Counted from the stretch's first letter, positions 21,893 to 33,429 are shown. The stretch is DNA of 36,955 nucleotides from Octopus bimaculoides (GCF_001194135.2 NC_068995.1:25714576-25751530); one strand, 5' to 3'. Notes: generated by a model from the sequence alone, not told the origin. Program-made: numbers and translations.

Positions 21893-22063
21893 AGAGACTA
21901 ATTCTCTTATGATTTTCCAGTTGCCATTCGGATTGATAATAACATTACAATTATACTTATCACTGCTTAGCGCTCCCCCTTTGTAATTTACTTACAGTGA
22001 ACCGCCGCACAGCGCTGCCAGTTACTGTATGGCAACTGGAAAAGCATAAGAGAATTAGTCTCT
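21893..22063. mobile_element. 171-bp MITE-like element with 35-bp TIRs, part of a ~410-bp insertion in the LINE
   Basis: agagactaattctcttatgattttccagttgccat (21893-21927) matches the revcomp of 22029-22063 at 34/35. TSD unresolved. Confidence 0.75.
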
Positions 22064-23598
22064 ATAACTTAATCTACATTTTCGCTTGCATCTTGCAGCT
22101 CTAAGGTCTTCACTGCCTCTTCTGTTTATTAGGCATTTCGCAGCAATCTTTTGTTCTTGGATTGCAAATACGTAGCCTCCGATTGTGATGTGATGTAGTG
22201 GTCATGAGTTCAAGAAAGCCTGCGATTCATATCGACATTACTGTCTCCTTCACGTCTGCAGAAAACATACCCATGCATGTTTTGGTATTCTGAGCGTTTC
22301 AAATCCAGGTCTTCTTTGAGGTTTGTTAGCCCATCTATTTGGAGGTTGTATGGAAAATCATCAGGAAGATAGTGCTTTCTGAGGAGATCGCTGCCAACAC
22401 GTAAGATATTGTTCTCTTCATTTTAATGAATTTATTTTAATGAATTAATTCTTTCTGCTGTCTGGGAGAAACTATTAGAGATTCGGAGGCTAGCTGCACT
22501 GATCTCAAGCCGCTACCTCCTTCATCTTTTCTTAGATAGAGCCTGATGACATCACTATTTCTGTGGAGATTTCCAGCTGATGTCAGTATCTTGCCGGTTT
22601 TAATGTCCATGGAGAATATTTCCTCTATAGACCAATAAAGTAGTCCAAAAGAATTAGCACTGTTACTGCAAATAGATTGCGGGATGTTGTATTGTTGTCT
22701 TGCAAGAAGAGAGTTTCGACTGTCATTTATTTAATTGGCATAATAGTCACTCTATTTTTATTCACACTACCTTCGTATGATATGTTTTCATCAACTCATT
22801 GCATTCTTTGTGTGAGACTGTCGATACATAAGTCTGAGACTGGGGGAATGATTTTCCCCTTTCAACAATCAAATATAAACATTTTGGTCAAATTTCATTA
22901 TTATGTCAGCTGAAAATGTTATCAATTCCAACTGCTTTTGTATACATTTTTAGCATAAATCTTCATGTCATCCGTAACGAAATTGTGGATTACATTAATA
23001 TCTCTAGTAGGTGCAGACCTTACCATGTAGGCATTTGATTTCTGTGGCAGGAATGATGTTGGATTTAATGCCAAAATGAAGAGAATTACACAAAGACTAC
23101 CTCTTTCGAATAGTCCCTTTGAAATATTCATAACATTGGAGACGATCTTTCTGCTCGCAGTTCTAAGTATAAAAATTGTTGCTCAGGTCTTTGTGAGCCT
23201 GTAAATGACAGCAATTAAGGTAGCAGGTATTTTTGCCAAATGTAGATACTTCAGCAGCCATGAATGTGGAATAGAGTTGAATGCCTTCCAATACTAAAGC
23301 CATACTAGCAAGATACCCATTTTTTTCACTTCGAACAGTACAGCTTTGTTTATCAAAAGTTGTTCGGCAAAACCCCACACTTATTTCTTTCCACTAGCCT
23401 GCTCACCAATCACTATGTCGCTGGACTCGTGATGATACTGGAAGAACTGTTTGAGGCAGCTTGTGTACAGTTTGTACATAATGTTTGGGCATGCAATGGG
23501 CCTTTATTTTCTACCAGCTCGGTAGTTTCATTCTTGGCTACAAGATTCATCCGAGCCAATTTAGTATGTCAATTTGGGTTTTCTGTAAAATGTCAGCT

Positions 23599-23649
23599 TT
23601 TTGTACCAGTATCCAACTATTACATTTTGTACCAGTATCCAACTATTAC
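23599..23649. repeat. 26-bp period tandem duplication inside the LINE
   Basis: ttttgtaccagtatccaactattac occurs twice. Confidence 0.9.
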
Positions 23650-24829
23650 CAGCCTTCCCATTATGCAGTTTACCTACAGTTATGGTGAAAATTACCGGGT
23701 CAATTGCATGTTTTACAGTTAGTGTTGGTACAGTATTCTCCCTTCACTGTATTTAACCACGATGCAATAAGGTTGAAATGCCAGAACGATTCAAGATCTT
23801 CTTAAGAGGGGGCTTTCTTAGCGGTAATATTTTCCTAAATCTTTGTTGGTTAGAAGCAAACTTATGATTTATCCAGGCTCGTTTAAACATTCGCCTGTGA
23901 TGTATGTATATATGTATATGTAATCATGTACAATCATATTTAATACTTTCGTGTACACTCGGACGTAGGTGGAAAGACATTTCACTGCCCAAATATTCCC
24001 GGGAGAAAATCTTTCTCACAGACAATATGTGTAAAAACAGATTAGGCTATGAATGGCATCATCTGATCTTAGGATGCATACGTTTCTGCGTCATTACGCA
24101 TCGTCAACTCTGAATGCAGAACTCGTCCTTCACAGGCCAATATTTTCTGCTCTTTTATATAATAGCAGCAAATAGTACATTCTTTGATACGTATAAAGGT
24201 TGATCAAGCTAGATTTAACTAGCCAGAGTCGCACAAAACAGAGTTGAATATAAAATCCATTTGTTGTTATTTATATATTATTCATCTTATTGGTGCAGCG
24301 TGTGTTCCTAAATTCAGTCTTGAAACTCATAATATACTCAGTCGGGTCCGGTTAACTGTATACACAACTAGAATAATAATCTGTCTATACGTCGGTATGT
24401 AGTATTTGTTCCTATACTTTCGTGATATACACGATTCCCTTTATTTAACCTGGTGTTTTACCATTTAAGTACCTGATTCATTGAAATCATGTACCTTGTG
24501 TCGCTCCGTATCGCTAAATAAAATCAACAATCAAGTAATGGAGTAGATTATTAGTAGACTATTAACTGTTCTCTTATTTTTTACCATTCTCTCTCGCTCT
24601 CTCACTCACTCTTTCTCCTTTTCTCTCCTTCCTTCTCTCCTCTCCCCCTCTGTCTCTGCCTCCCTCTAAGAATCAGTTATGTTTCAGTGTTACAGGTGTC
24701 GTGAGGTGTCACTCATCACGTCCCTTTCTCTAGGAAAGGAAAATGTCTGTGTAAATGTCGAGCTGCTGCTTTCCATCAAAAAGCTCGTTGACTACCGAGT
24801 CCGAAACTGAAATTGTTTATATATGTATG

Positions 24830-25237
24830 TTTTATCTTTTAACTTTTACGTGTTTCAATCATTTGACTGCGGCCACGCTGGGGCACCGCTAGAATGGTTT
24901 TAATCGAACAAATCCACCCTAAGACTTATTTCATTTTAAGTGTGGTACTTATTCTATCGGTCTCTTTTGCCGAACCGCTATGTTACGGGGATGTAAATGT
25001 AAACACACCAACACCGGTTGTCAAACAGTAGTGGAGGACAGTGGTCCTGTATGTACACACACGAGTGAGTGGAAGACGGGCTTCTTCCAGTTTACTCCTA
25101 CCAAATCCACTCACAAGGCTTTGGTCGGCTCGAAGTTATAGTAGAAGACACGTGCCAATGGCGTCACACAACAGGACTGAACCTGGAACCATGTGGTAGA
25201 GAAGCAAACTTCTTACCACACATTCACGCCTGCGCCT
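24830..25237 (-). mobile_element. SINE family B, full length
   Basis: Minus head aggcgcaggcgtgaatgtgtggtaagaagtttgc; tail ..gcagtcaaatgattgaaacac. Confidence 0.9.
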
Positions 25238-25339
25238 ATGTATATTGGGAGTATTGCATTGAATATGCAACTGTTACAGTGAAAGTTTTATTAATACTTT
25301 ATGAGGAGTTTTATTAATACTTTTGAATAAGATCCTTGT

Positions 25340-26340
25340 ATTTGTTTTGAAGAAATCTAGCCAGGACGTTTCCAGAGTTCATCTTCATGACACAACGCTG
25401 GCGACGTATGCTGCTGCTTCTTTACCGTAGCCCGAGTTAATCGGCAAAATCACCGAAAATTGAATCAGTAGATTTAAACGTTAGTACTCAGGCATTTATA
25501 TTTGTTTGTAGTATATGACATCTTGTCTGCAAGTTTGCTGTGCTATGCTATGAGTATTATTTTCATCGCCAATCGACTACTTATTTGTGTATTTCTCAAA
25601 ATTATAGGTGAGTTGTTCACCATCTAGTTTTCTATCTAGTTTCGTTTATGCAGTGTGGTACATTGCAATTCGTCCATGTTTGTAAGTACATTGTGAACCG
25701 ATAAGCGAATGTTGCACTTGTATAGCCTAACAGTTACACTCATTAAGTTTGCAGCTTTTACGTTTACAATGGATTTTAAAAATTATATTGGTCATTAGTA
25801 ACTTGTTCTTGAGCGTATATCCTTGTAGTTGGTTAACAAGGATTTTTATTTTACTATTTTATAGTATATATCTAGTGTTAATTTAAGATGTAGTGCGATG
25901 TATTTCGTGTTCGTATATTTTCTGTTATAGATTTGGTATCTAATATACTTGTTGTGTTATCATTTTCCTTATACTATTAGGTAGCTTTGTCTATTAGTTC
26001 GTTAGACTAATCGTTGTTGAGTCGGGTGGGAATTTTATCACTGACGTTTTGTATTCGGTTAGACTTTGTTTCCATGTAAGTATATGCATTAAAGAGTTTC
26101 TTAGATTTGAGCACGTATGATATATCTATTGTTTAATATTTGAGTATTTACGAGTTATTTTATTTTAGTCAAAGGCTTTTTTCTTGTACAGTACACTATT
26201 CATGACTTAGGTCTTTATATGCATTATATGATAGGGTTTCTATTGTTTCTGTGGTTGGAACATTGATAACTTTCTGCATAGAGTCGTCTGCTTTATTGAA
26301 GAGTTCTTCAAACAACTAGTAGATTTGTGAAATGAGTCTT
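25340..26340 (-). mobile_element. Degraded Penelope-like element (Naiad-like) remnant
   Basis: Minus: TYMETKSNR..V..KIPTRLN..SNE..DKA..Y (RT thumb), NECNC.......IGSQC (Cys linker), then an AT-rich endonuclease trace and a hammerhead-like GAAACGTC at about 25365. Confidence 0.5.
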
Positions 26341-26354
26341 AAATTTTATGTTCC

Positions 26355-26438
26355 AGTCGTTTCAGTCATTGGAATGCGGCCACGCTGAGGCATCGTCTCG
26401 AAGGATTTAGTCGAACAAATCAACCACAGTACTTGTTA
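26355..26438 (-). mobile_element. SINE family B 3' fragment, split by the Chapaev3-like element (continues at about 27249-27275)
   Basis: tttcagtcattggaatgcggccacgctg...caaccacagtacttgtta | tctaagtttggtatttattcta rejoins into the B tail. Confidence 0.75.
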
Positions 26439-27248
26439 CACTGGGCAAAAAAAAACAAAAAAATTATTGCCTGCTACCCAGACAAATGGGGCTGTACTAA
26501 ACTAAATCGAGTTCGCTGATTCCGAATCTGAACTCAGAATCGCTGTAGCACGTCACATCTTCCTTCCACCCCTTCACGTCAAACTTGGCCTCATGAAAAA
26601 CTTCATAAAAGAAATGGCAGACGATGTTTGTGGTTTCCAGTACCTAAAAGTAAAATTTGGTGCAGTGAAAAGTGAGGTAAAACTGAAAGCAGGCATTTTC
26701 ATTGGACTAGAGATTAGAGAATTGATGTCTGATAGCAAATTCAGAGGTAAACTGAATCCAGTTGAGCAATGTTCTTCCACTGGTCACGCGGAGCAAATTT
26801 TCCACAGACATAACAAAAATTGTCTGCGTGCTTCACACAGCCTCTCCTATTCATGATCTAACACAGTGAATACAGTTAAAATCACGCAGAACGAGAGATA
26901 TACAAACCACACGTGTCGGCAGCGCAAACGACACTGAGAGTTACCAAGTATAAACTGACGAATTTGGCGCTTGCACATAATACGTCAGCGACATCTATTG
27001 CTAAACTAAATAATGAACTTTCTCATCGTTTGTTTAATTGCTGTTATTTCTTTAATTTTGAATTAAGACCACTTTCATTTTAGCAAATTTTATAATACGG
27101 TCTATATCTAGCCGAAACTATAGTTATAATCTAGCGAATGCGCATAACTCAAAATTCTTACATGCTAGAACAATTCTGAGTGCGAATTCCTCGATTTAGT
27201 CTAAAACACATTCTTTTACTCTAGTAGCAAAATCTTTGTTGTTCAGTG
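26439..27248 (-). mobile_element. Non-autonomous Chapaev3-like element with both TIRs and an inverted internal transposase fragment
   Basis: tta TSDs at 26436-38 and 27249-51. Termini CACTGGGCAAAAAAAA and revcomp CACTGAACAACAAAGA match at 12/16. Minus ATG at 26854 gives MNRRGCVKHADNFCYVCGKF. Plus strand 26557-26766 gives IFLPPLHVKLGLMKNF..KLKAGIFIG.EIRELM.D. Confidence 0.85.
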
Positions 27249-27743
27249 TTATCTAAGTTTGGTATTTATTCTAAACCCACCTTCACCGTTTAATATATAT
27301 ATATATATACATATATATATGGTAGTTGTATACTGTCAGCTTAACGTGACAGTCCTATAATTTCTTTATTTTTGAATTAATCCACCAATGTGGTGTTGAG
27401 CACTCATTCCAACGTTCTACATTTACGTATATTGATCTCACACCAGCAAAAGTGATTTTTGCTTTTTAACGTCTTCAGGGGTTGAAATGACCTTACAGGG
27501 AACTTATATGCGTATCGTTATATAATAACTATATAAATCATATTAGATTCAATAGAAATTCAAGAAAGAAAACAAAAATAAACAAAAACACTTCTCCGAT
27601 GAAGAGTATGAAGCACTTTCGTCTAACTGTTGTATTATATTTATTAAAGAAAAGAATTTTAGTTTGATTTATATATACAGGCTGAGATAGTAGAAATTTC
27701 TAATGAGAGAACAATAACAGAAATATATATATAAAACATAGGC

Positions 27744-27783
27744 GAAAGAAAGAAAGGAAGAAAGAAAGAAAGAAAGGGAGGAA

Positions 27784-27849
<66 letters not shown>

Positions 27850-27851
27850 AA
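27744..27851. repeat. (GAAA)n microsatellite
   Basis: Read directly from the sequence. Confidence 0.95.
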
Positions 27852-27924
27852 TGAGAGACAAGTATATTTGATGGACTTTAGAACATTAATGAAAGATGGG
27901 TTATTTATGAGTTTTATTTATGAG

Positions 27925-28250
27925 TATTTAAATCTACCGAGAAAAATGCTTGGGCAGCATTTACAGAAGTTGTGAGAACCATTGTGAACAACATTAAATC
28001 TCAAAACTATGAAGAACTGGTGTATAGTTCACTTTTTCATTCTAGAAGACAGGATATAATGTGAATGTCAAACTTATTTCCGTCCTCATTTACAAGAATC
28101 CTATGCAAATTTAGGGGCTGTCATTCAAGAAAAGAAAGGCATTTCCACCATGACATACAATCTATGAAAATAATATCTCAGGGACGGTGCAATACATACT
28201 TGATCACAAGATATTGTTGATGCTTATTAAGAGAAAACCAGATGCGATCG
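27925..28250 (+). pseudogene. Third Chapaev3-like transposase fragment (C-terminal)
   Basis: TEKNAWAAFTEVV..KSQNYEELV, NLGAV, FHHDIQSM, (Y)QGR, DYC traces. Frameshifted. Confidence 0.65.
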
Positions 28251-28677
28251 TGTTCGGCAATGTTGAAGAGGAAAGAAACAGAATTTATAGGCTGGCTGGT
28301 GAATTTTCCCCCGGAATAGAGTGTTGTTATCATTTCAGTTATTTGATGTATTTTATTGTTTTGTGGTTTATATAACCACAATAGCGATCACGTTTACTAA
28401 TAAAATATGCCCATTTTTAGTACATTTTTACAAAATATAGCTAATTTTCATAAATATATACGTAGTGTTGCCGCTAAATGTATTCGAAAAGGGTTAGATC
28501 TTCTCATAAAACAGCTAACAAGATTATACTAGCTATTATACTACATGGCAGCAACTTCTGTTCTACCACGTTATATGCGCGTTTCATATGAACTATATTA
28601 CTAAACCTTGAAAACGAGTTTCTGGAAAACTTTGATGCGATACATCAATTCCATGAACGTATCTGAAATCAGTGTTC

Positions 28678-28795
28678 ACACACACACACACACACACATA
28701 CACACGCACACACACACACTCACACACACACACCTACACACACACGCACGCTCGCATACACACACATACGCATATATATGCACACACACACACAA
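28678..28795. repeat. (CA)n-rich microsatellite
   Basis: Read directly from the sequence. Confidence 0.95.
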
Positions 28796-29239
28796 ACTAA
28801 AATTACATTTCATGGACGCTTTTCGAGTACAACATGATTTCAAAATTGAGCCTAGTGCTAGATAGTTCGGTTCACATTAATATGCTACAATTTGTGGCGT
28901 AAAAAAGAAAAATTCAATGTACAATCTTCAAAACTTAGATGAGACCTATAACAGAGCTTTCTTCTTGCATTTGAGACGGAACTAATGTTTCACACAAACA
29001 TCCTAGACCAGACCGTTAAAAGGATCATCCGACTGATTGGCGTATAGTCAGTCAGAGACAAGCCCTTTTCTCTATCCTTGTCTCCTCTCGCTTCTGTAAT
29101 GAACCTTACATCCTTTATCTGGCTGGGCTTATCCCACTCGCCTTTCCTCTTTTCAACCAAACTTGTTGCATCTAACGCGCAATCCTTTATTCTTTCACGC
29201 CAGCACTCTGTAATAGTTCCCTGTTCATGTCTTTCCCAT

Positions 29240-30740
29240 TGGTATTAAATTGCAATGATTCAAGAGAAACATTACTAGCACAATCACTGGACTGTCATCA
29301 ACCAAATTCTCATCAGCAGGATTCATCCGGTGCTTGATAGCCATCTGAGATCGAATCGAAACGAATTTAGACCAGGGAGATCCAAGAAGTTCAATCAAGA
29401 CAATTACCTGCCAATATAACCTTTGTGGACTTCAGTAAAGCGTTTGACAGCATCTTTCGTTACAACATGTTGAAGATCCTTCAAGCATATGGAATTCCAG
29501 AAGAACTCATTCTTGCCATTGTAAAGACCTACGAGAAGAACAGAGCTCTTGTGCTGCCATCTGACGGAGAAACGGAATTCTTTCAAATACTAGTTGGGAT
29601 GCCACAAGAAGATACGCTTGCACCTTACCTGTTTACAATTATCTTGGATTATGCAATGCAGCAGGATATAGGAAACAATTTTGTTAAGGCTATTTCTACA
29701 GATATTCTATAGAAATTATAGCCAGCACTGATTTTCTGCTACAGCGCTTCATATCGAGACATCAGATGTAAACAAACAATGAGATCGAAGACAAAAATGG
29801 ATAATGAGAGTATATGCCATATTTCGTGGGATTTGCCCTTTTATCAGCATTCTCACCATCTAATCCATTCTCGCCTCTGAACACACTGCTTATATAGCCA
29901 CCACATACAGCGGTGTTAAGTTATTGGATATACCACTTTACATTTTAAACGCATTCCTGGAGTTGGTATGCAAACATTAATGACTTGTAGATACGTGGTA
30001 GACAACAATGACGAAAACCTTAGTTTCATCATTAACCGGCAAAGATCGCGGAGAGTATCAGCAGTAACCATCACAGACTTGGATTTCGCAGATGATATAG
30101 CACTGACATCTAATGAAACAGATCAAGCACAACAGCTGCTCAACAGAGTAGAAACATCATTGCTAAAATTGACCAGCATACAAATGTCAAGAAAACTGAA
30201 CACATGTCTTTCAACCAATCAAGTGATGCTGAACGGTTTCGACTGAACGGTTCCAAACTGAATGTTGCTGAAGACTTCAAGTACTTAGGTGGTTGGGTGA
30301 GCAGTTCGAAAGCACAAAATTAGGGAGGCGCAAGCATAAACAACCTGCCACAAACTAAAAAGCTCTAGAACTCCATATTGCCCAGGCAAATCAAAATCAA
30401 GCTGTTCCTTGTAATTGTCGAATCAGTGTTATCATATGGCAGTGAAACATGGACGCTGACAAAGAAATTATGAAACGGGCTAAGTGGATGCAATACAAGG
30501 CTGCTACGAATGGCCCCTACGGATGTGAAATGACAGCAACATATGACAAATGAGTTCCTTTATTGAGACCTGCCGAAAGTGAGTGAGAAGATCAGGTAAA
30601 GAACTGGAAAGATCCAAATTAGTCTTGTGGAACCCACTTCATGGTGATGTAAGAAAAGGAAAACACTTACATCGACAACCTGATTGCAGGCATTGGCCTG
30701 GAATGTATCCAGTTCTTCGAGGCAGTGATGATGGACCGAG
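29240..30740 (+). mobile_element. RTE-clade LINE remnant (RT core to 3' region), interrupted by a 324-bp insert
   Basis: FVDFSKAFDSI..MLKILQAYGIPE, QEDTLAPYLF.IILDYAM, RSRR...TDLDFADDIAL, FKYLGGW, ESVLSYGSETWTL. Confidence 0.9.
29680..30003. other. Unclassified 324-bp insertion with 6-bp TSD (aacaat)
   Basis: aacaat occurs at 29674-79 and 30004-09. Removing the insert restores the RT reading ..QDIGNNDENLSF... Confidence 0.7.
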
Positions 30741-31038
30741 ATGTTCTTTTTATTTCCGATTAATACATATTAATTCTTGAATATTTGGAAATTATAAGTT
30801 TTTGCATGAAGTTTTTTTTAAGATATAGCTTATATTTCATCATTTACAGGCTAAATAGCATATTATGTGAACAACGATACAACTACGACATTTATTACTC
30901 AGAGTAAATTAGGTAATATCAAATTGAGATTAAATAATTTATATAATTGAAAAAGATATCTGTTCTTCACATGAAATCCGAGTTAATCTGCGATTGATGT
31001 GCATTACAATATAGTATTACTCTCATATAATATTTGTT

Positions 31039-31246
31039 TCTACTATAGGCACAAGGCCTAAAATGTGTTTGGAGGGGCTACTCAATTAAGTCGTCCCCAC
31101 TGTTCAACTGGTACTAATTTTATTGACTCCGGAAGGATGAATGTAACCTAGACCTCGTTGGAATTTAAACTTTAAACGTAAAGATGGATGAAATGCCGCT
31201 AAGCTTTTTCTCCTGCGGGCTATCTATTCTGCCTGCTTTCCACCTT
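31039..31246 (-). mobile_element. SINE family A, diverged
   Basis: Revcomp of the family A head and centre (ctggtactaattttattgactccggaaggatga). Confidence 0.75.
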
Positions 31247-31480
31247 AAGAAATGCAATATACAGTCAGTGTTTCAAGGACCCATTTTCATTGTTTAACCT
31301 CAAATAAGTCTTGACGGCGCAGACATAGGATCAAAACATTTCGGTAAAGAACATCATGAAAATCCTATCAGACTACCTATTCCAACGTATCCGTTTGCCT
31401 TCTGACAATAATAGATACATACCAAATATAAATATTATGAAATAGATACCTATTCTTATTCTACATAAGAATCCTCAAGA

Positions 31481-31527
31481 TACATACATACATACATACA
31501 TACATACATACATACATACATACATAC
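31481..31527. repeat. (TACA)n microsatellite
   Basis: Read directly from the sequence. Confidence 0.95.
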
Positions 31528-31814
31528 GTCAACATCAGATTTTCTAACGTTCCCTTCTCTATTTATGCCGACTCCTCTAGCCTAAATCAGTAACTGGTTT
31601 ATTTCTCCCATTACAAATAAGAGAAACACCTTTTACCAACCAGCGTAGCGTTATTCAGACCGGATTTTTAAAATATACCTTATATCACGTGGGGTTACGC
31701 TATCACAATTATGGCTAAAACTAACAACACCACCTCCGACGAAATCAACCCTACAGCACCAGCAAGCCAAGTACTAATCTTATTTTACTTGGACTCTATT
31801 TCTAATCCGTTTTA

Positions 31815-32030
31815 CTTGGACACTTACATCTAAAACAAGATCTGTATCCGGATTTACATTTATACCAATAATAACTGGAGCACTTGATTTTGTAAGTAAA
31901 TGCCTAATTGTCAGTCTAGATAAGCTTGGATTTTTAGAAAACAACCAACTGATTCGCACATTACAAATCCAATCTGTAAGCAGAACAGTAAAACTATGCA
32001 AGACGTTTTCAGGTTTAAAATGTGACATTG
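31815..32030 (+). pseudogene. C-terminal tip of an RLE-type LINE ORF
   Basis: LYPD..TFIPIITGAL..LDKLGF..LIRTLQIQSVSRTVKLCKTF resembles the P(I/V)..GALG..IQ..GT.KI.. end of R4/R2-group ORFs. Confidence 0.5.
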
Positions 32031-32124
32031 TTTTAGTTATCTACATTCTAAAGATGAAGCTTAGTATCTTTGCTAGAAACCAGCTCCTTCTTCAGAGGAA
32101 GAATGTAAATTATGAAATAGAGAA

Positions 32125-32164
<40 letters not shown>

Positions 32165-32251
32165 NNNNNNNNNNNNNNNNNNNNNNNNNNNNNNNNNNNN
32201 NNNNNNNNNNNNNNNNNNNNNNNNNNNNNNNNNNNNNNNNNNNNNNNNNNN

Positions 32252-32292
<41 letters not shown>

Positions 32293-32300
32293 CGACAAAT

Positions 32301-32566
32301 GAGGGTTCGGTAATTTCTGGCCGAACAACTACACAGATGATTTGTTTATAGTGATCAAATTTTTGCGTTCACATAAGTTCATTCCCTCCATCAACTCGAC
32401 ATTACTTGTACAGGTGCAGCAGATGTCAGATGACGAAATGATCGCAGAGCAACGTGAAATGAAGTGCTTTGCTAAAGAACACGACACAATGCCCAGTTTT
32501 GGAACCTAAACCACGATCTCGCAATCGTGAGTGCAACACCCTAACAAACTAGGTCATGCGCATTCA
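32301..32566 (-). mobile_element. tRNA-derived SINE, D-like middle with a different 3' tail
   Basis: Minus head tgaatgcgcatgacctagtttgttagggtgttgc; middle ttctttagcaaagcacttcatttcacgttgctc is shared with 12791-13114; the tail differs. Confidence 0.75.
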
Positions 32567-32582
32567 TATGTATAAATACATA

Positions 32583-33125
32583 CAGTACCGTGCAAAAGTC
32601 TTCAGCCAGTTTAAACTATTGTAAATTTCTACTAATTGCCAACTTATAAGTGCTTGTTTCGCATTGCGTTTTTTACAGATGAAACATTAGCCCTGTTGGA
32701 GCCATTTCCATATCTAATCATTATATTTTGTGGTAGGGGTTCTGAATGAGAGGGGAAGGTGCGAGACGACCACCAAAAATAGCCGTGCAAAAGTTTTCGG
32801 TCACCTCACATGAACCAATCAAGATACAGTGTTTTAAAAGAGAAAAATGTCTATAATGAGAATTTAATACATAACGTTCATTTCAAGAAGTTACTGTACA
32901 TTGTTGATATTTCGTGTAGCTTCCCTTAGCTTGGATGATTGATTCAATGCGCCTGGGAAGAGTTGCGTACAAATCCCTCACTATCTTTACAGTTGTGAGA
33001 TGCCATTATCTGTGGATAAGCTCCCACAGCTCTTCAAGACTGCGTGGATTCCTCTGACGAACCCTTCTTTCTAGTTCTGCCCACATTTGCTCGATATTTG
33101 AGCCAGGGCTCTGAACTTTCAAATC
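32583..33125 (-). mobile_element. Tc1-like (DD34E) transposon 3' end with IR/DR-type terminus
   Basis: TA then CAGTACCGTGCAAAAGTCTTCAGCCA at 32583, with an inner repeat ccgtgcaaaagttttcggtca at 32783. Minus translation: QSPGSNIEQMWAELERRV..LEELW..LPRRIESIIQAKGSYTKY. Confidence 0.85.
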
Positions 33126-33429
33126 TTCCAATACGGCAACGCTGGAGGCAGTAGCAACGGCAACGAGTTAAGTGGCAGAAACATGAGCACTGACATCAAC
33201 GACCGCGGCACCAGCACCAACACAACGGCCGAAGAAGACGACCACACCAGCTCCAGCAACACCAGCGGAGCTACCAGTTCATGCCCAGAATTAACAACGG
33301 CGGCAAATACAACACAATCGGCACAACACCAACACTACGACCGGGAATGACTACTGCAACGGCAACAGATATAGCGATATCTCCAGACCAAGCACCAATG
33401 ACGGCTCCAGCAACAGCATTGGCAGCAAT

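Larger units (their letters stand above)
21560..23860 (-). mobile_element. RLE-type (R4-related) non-LTR retrotransposon remnant
   Basis: Minus motifs in order: EDLESFW, KLHNGKA, IVGYWYKKL, GLFERGSL.VILFILALNP..FVTDDMKIYAK (eroded QGD / DD), FHRNSDVIRLYLRKDEGGSGL, AIQEQKI, KCRL.YISVEDITH..STCPKM..LPVRH.VV (zinc knuckle plus RHD). Confidence 0.8.

Noticed and set aside
27595-27630. ccgatga-agagt..acttt-cgtc hammerhead-like trace
   Set aside because: Core mutated, GAAA absent, and no adjacent PLE coding remnant.
28950-29235. Purine-rich minus-strand stretch as a 5'-inverted (twin-primed) part of the adjacent RTE
   Set aside because: I could not match its translation to RTE motifs with any confidence; left unassigned.
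31325-31385. Minus-strand CTGATAG...CCGAAATGTT resembling a PLE pLTR ribozyme
   Set aside because: Core and stem II are both defective and no linked PLE ORF was identified; too weak to call.
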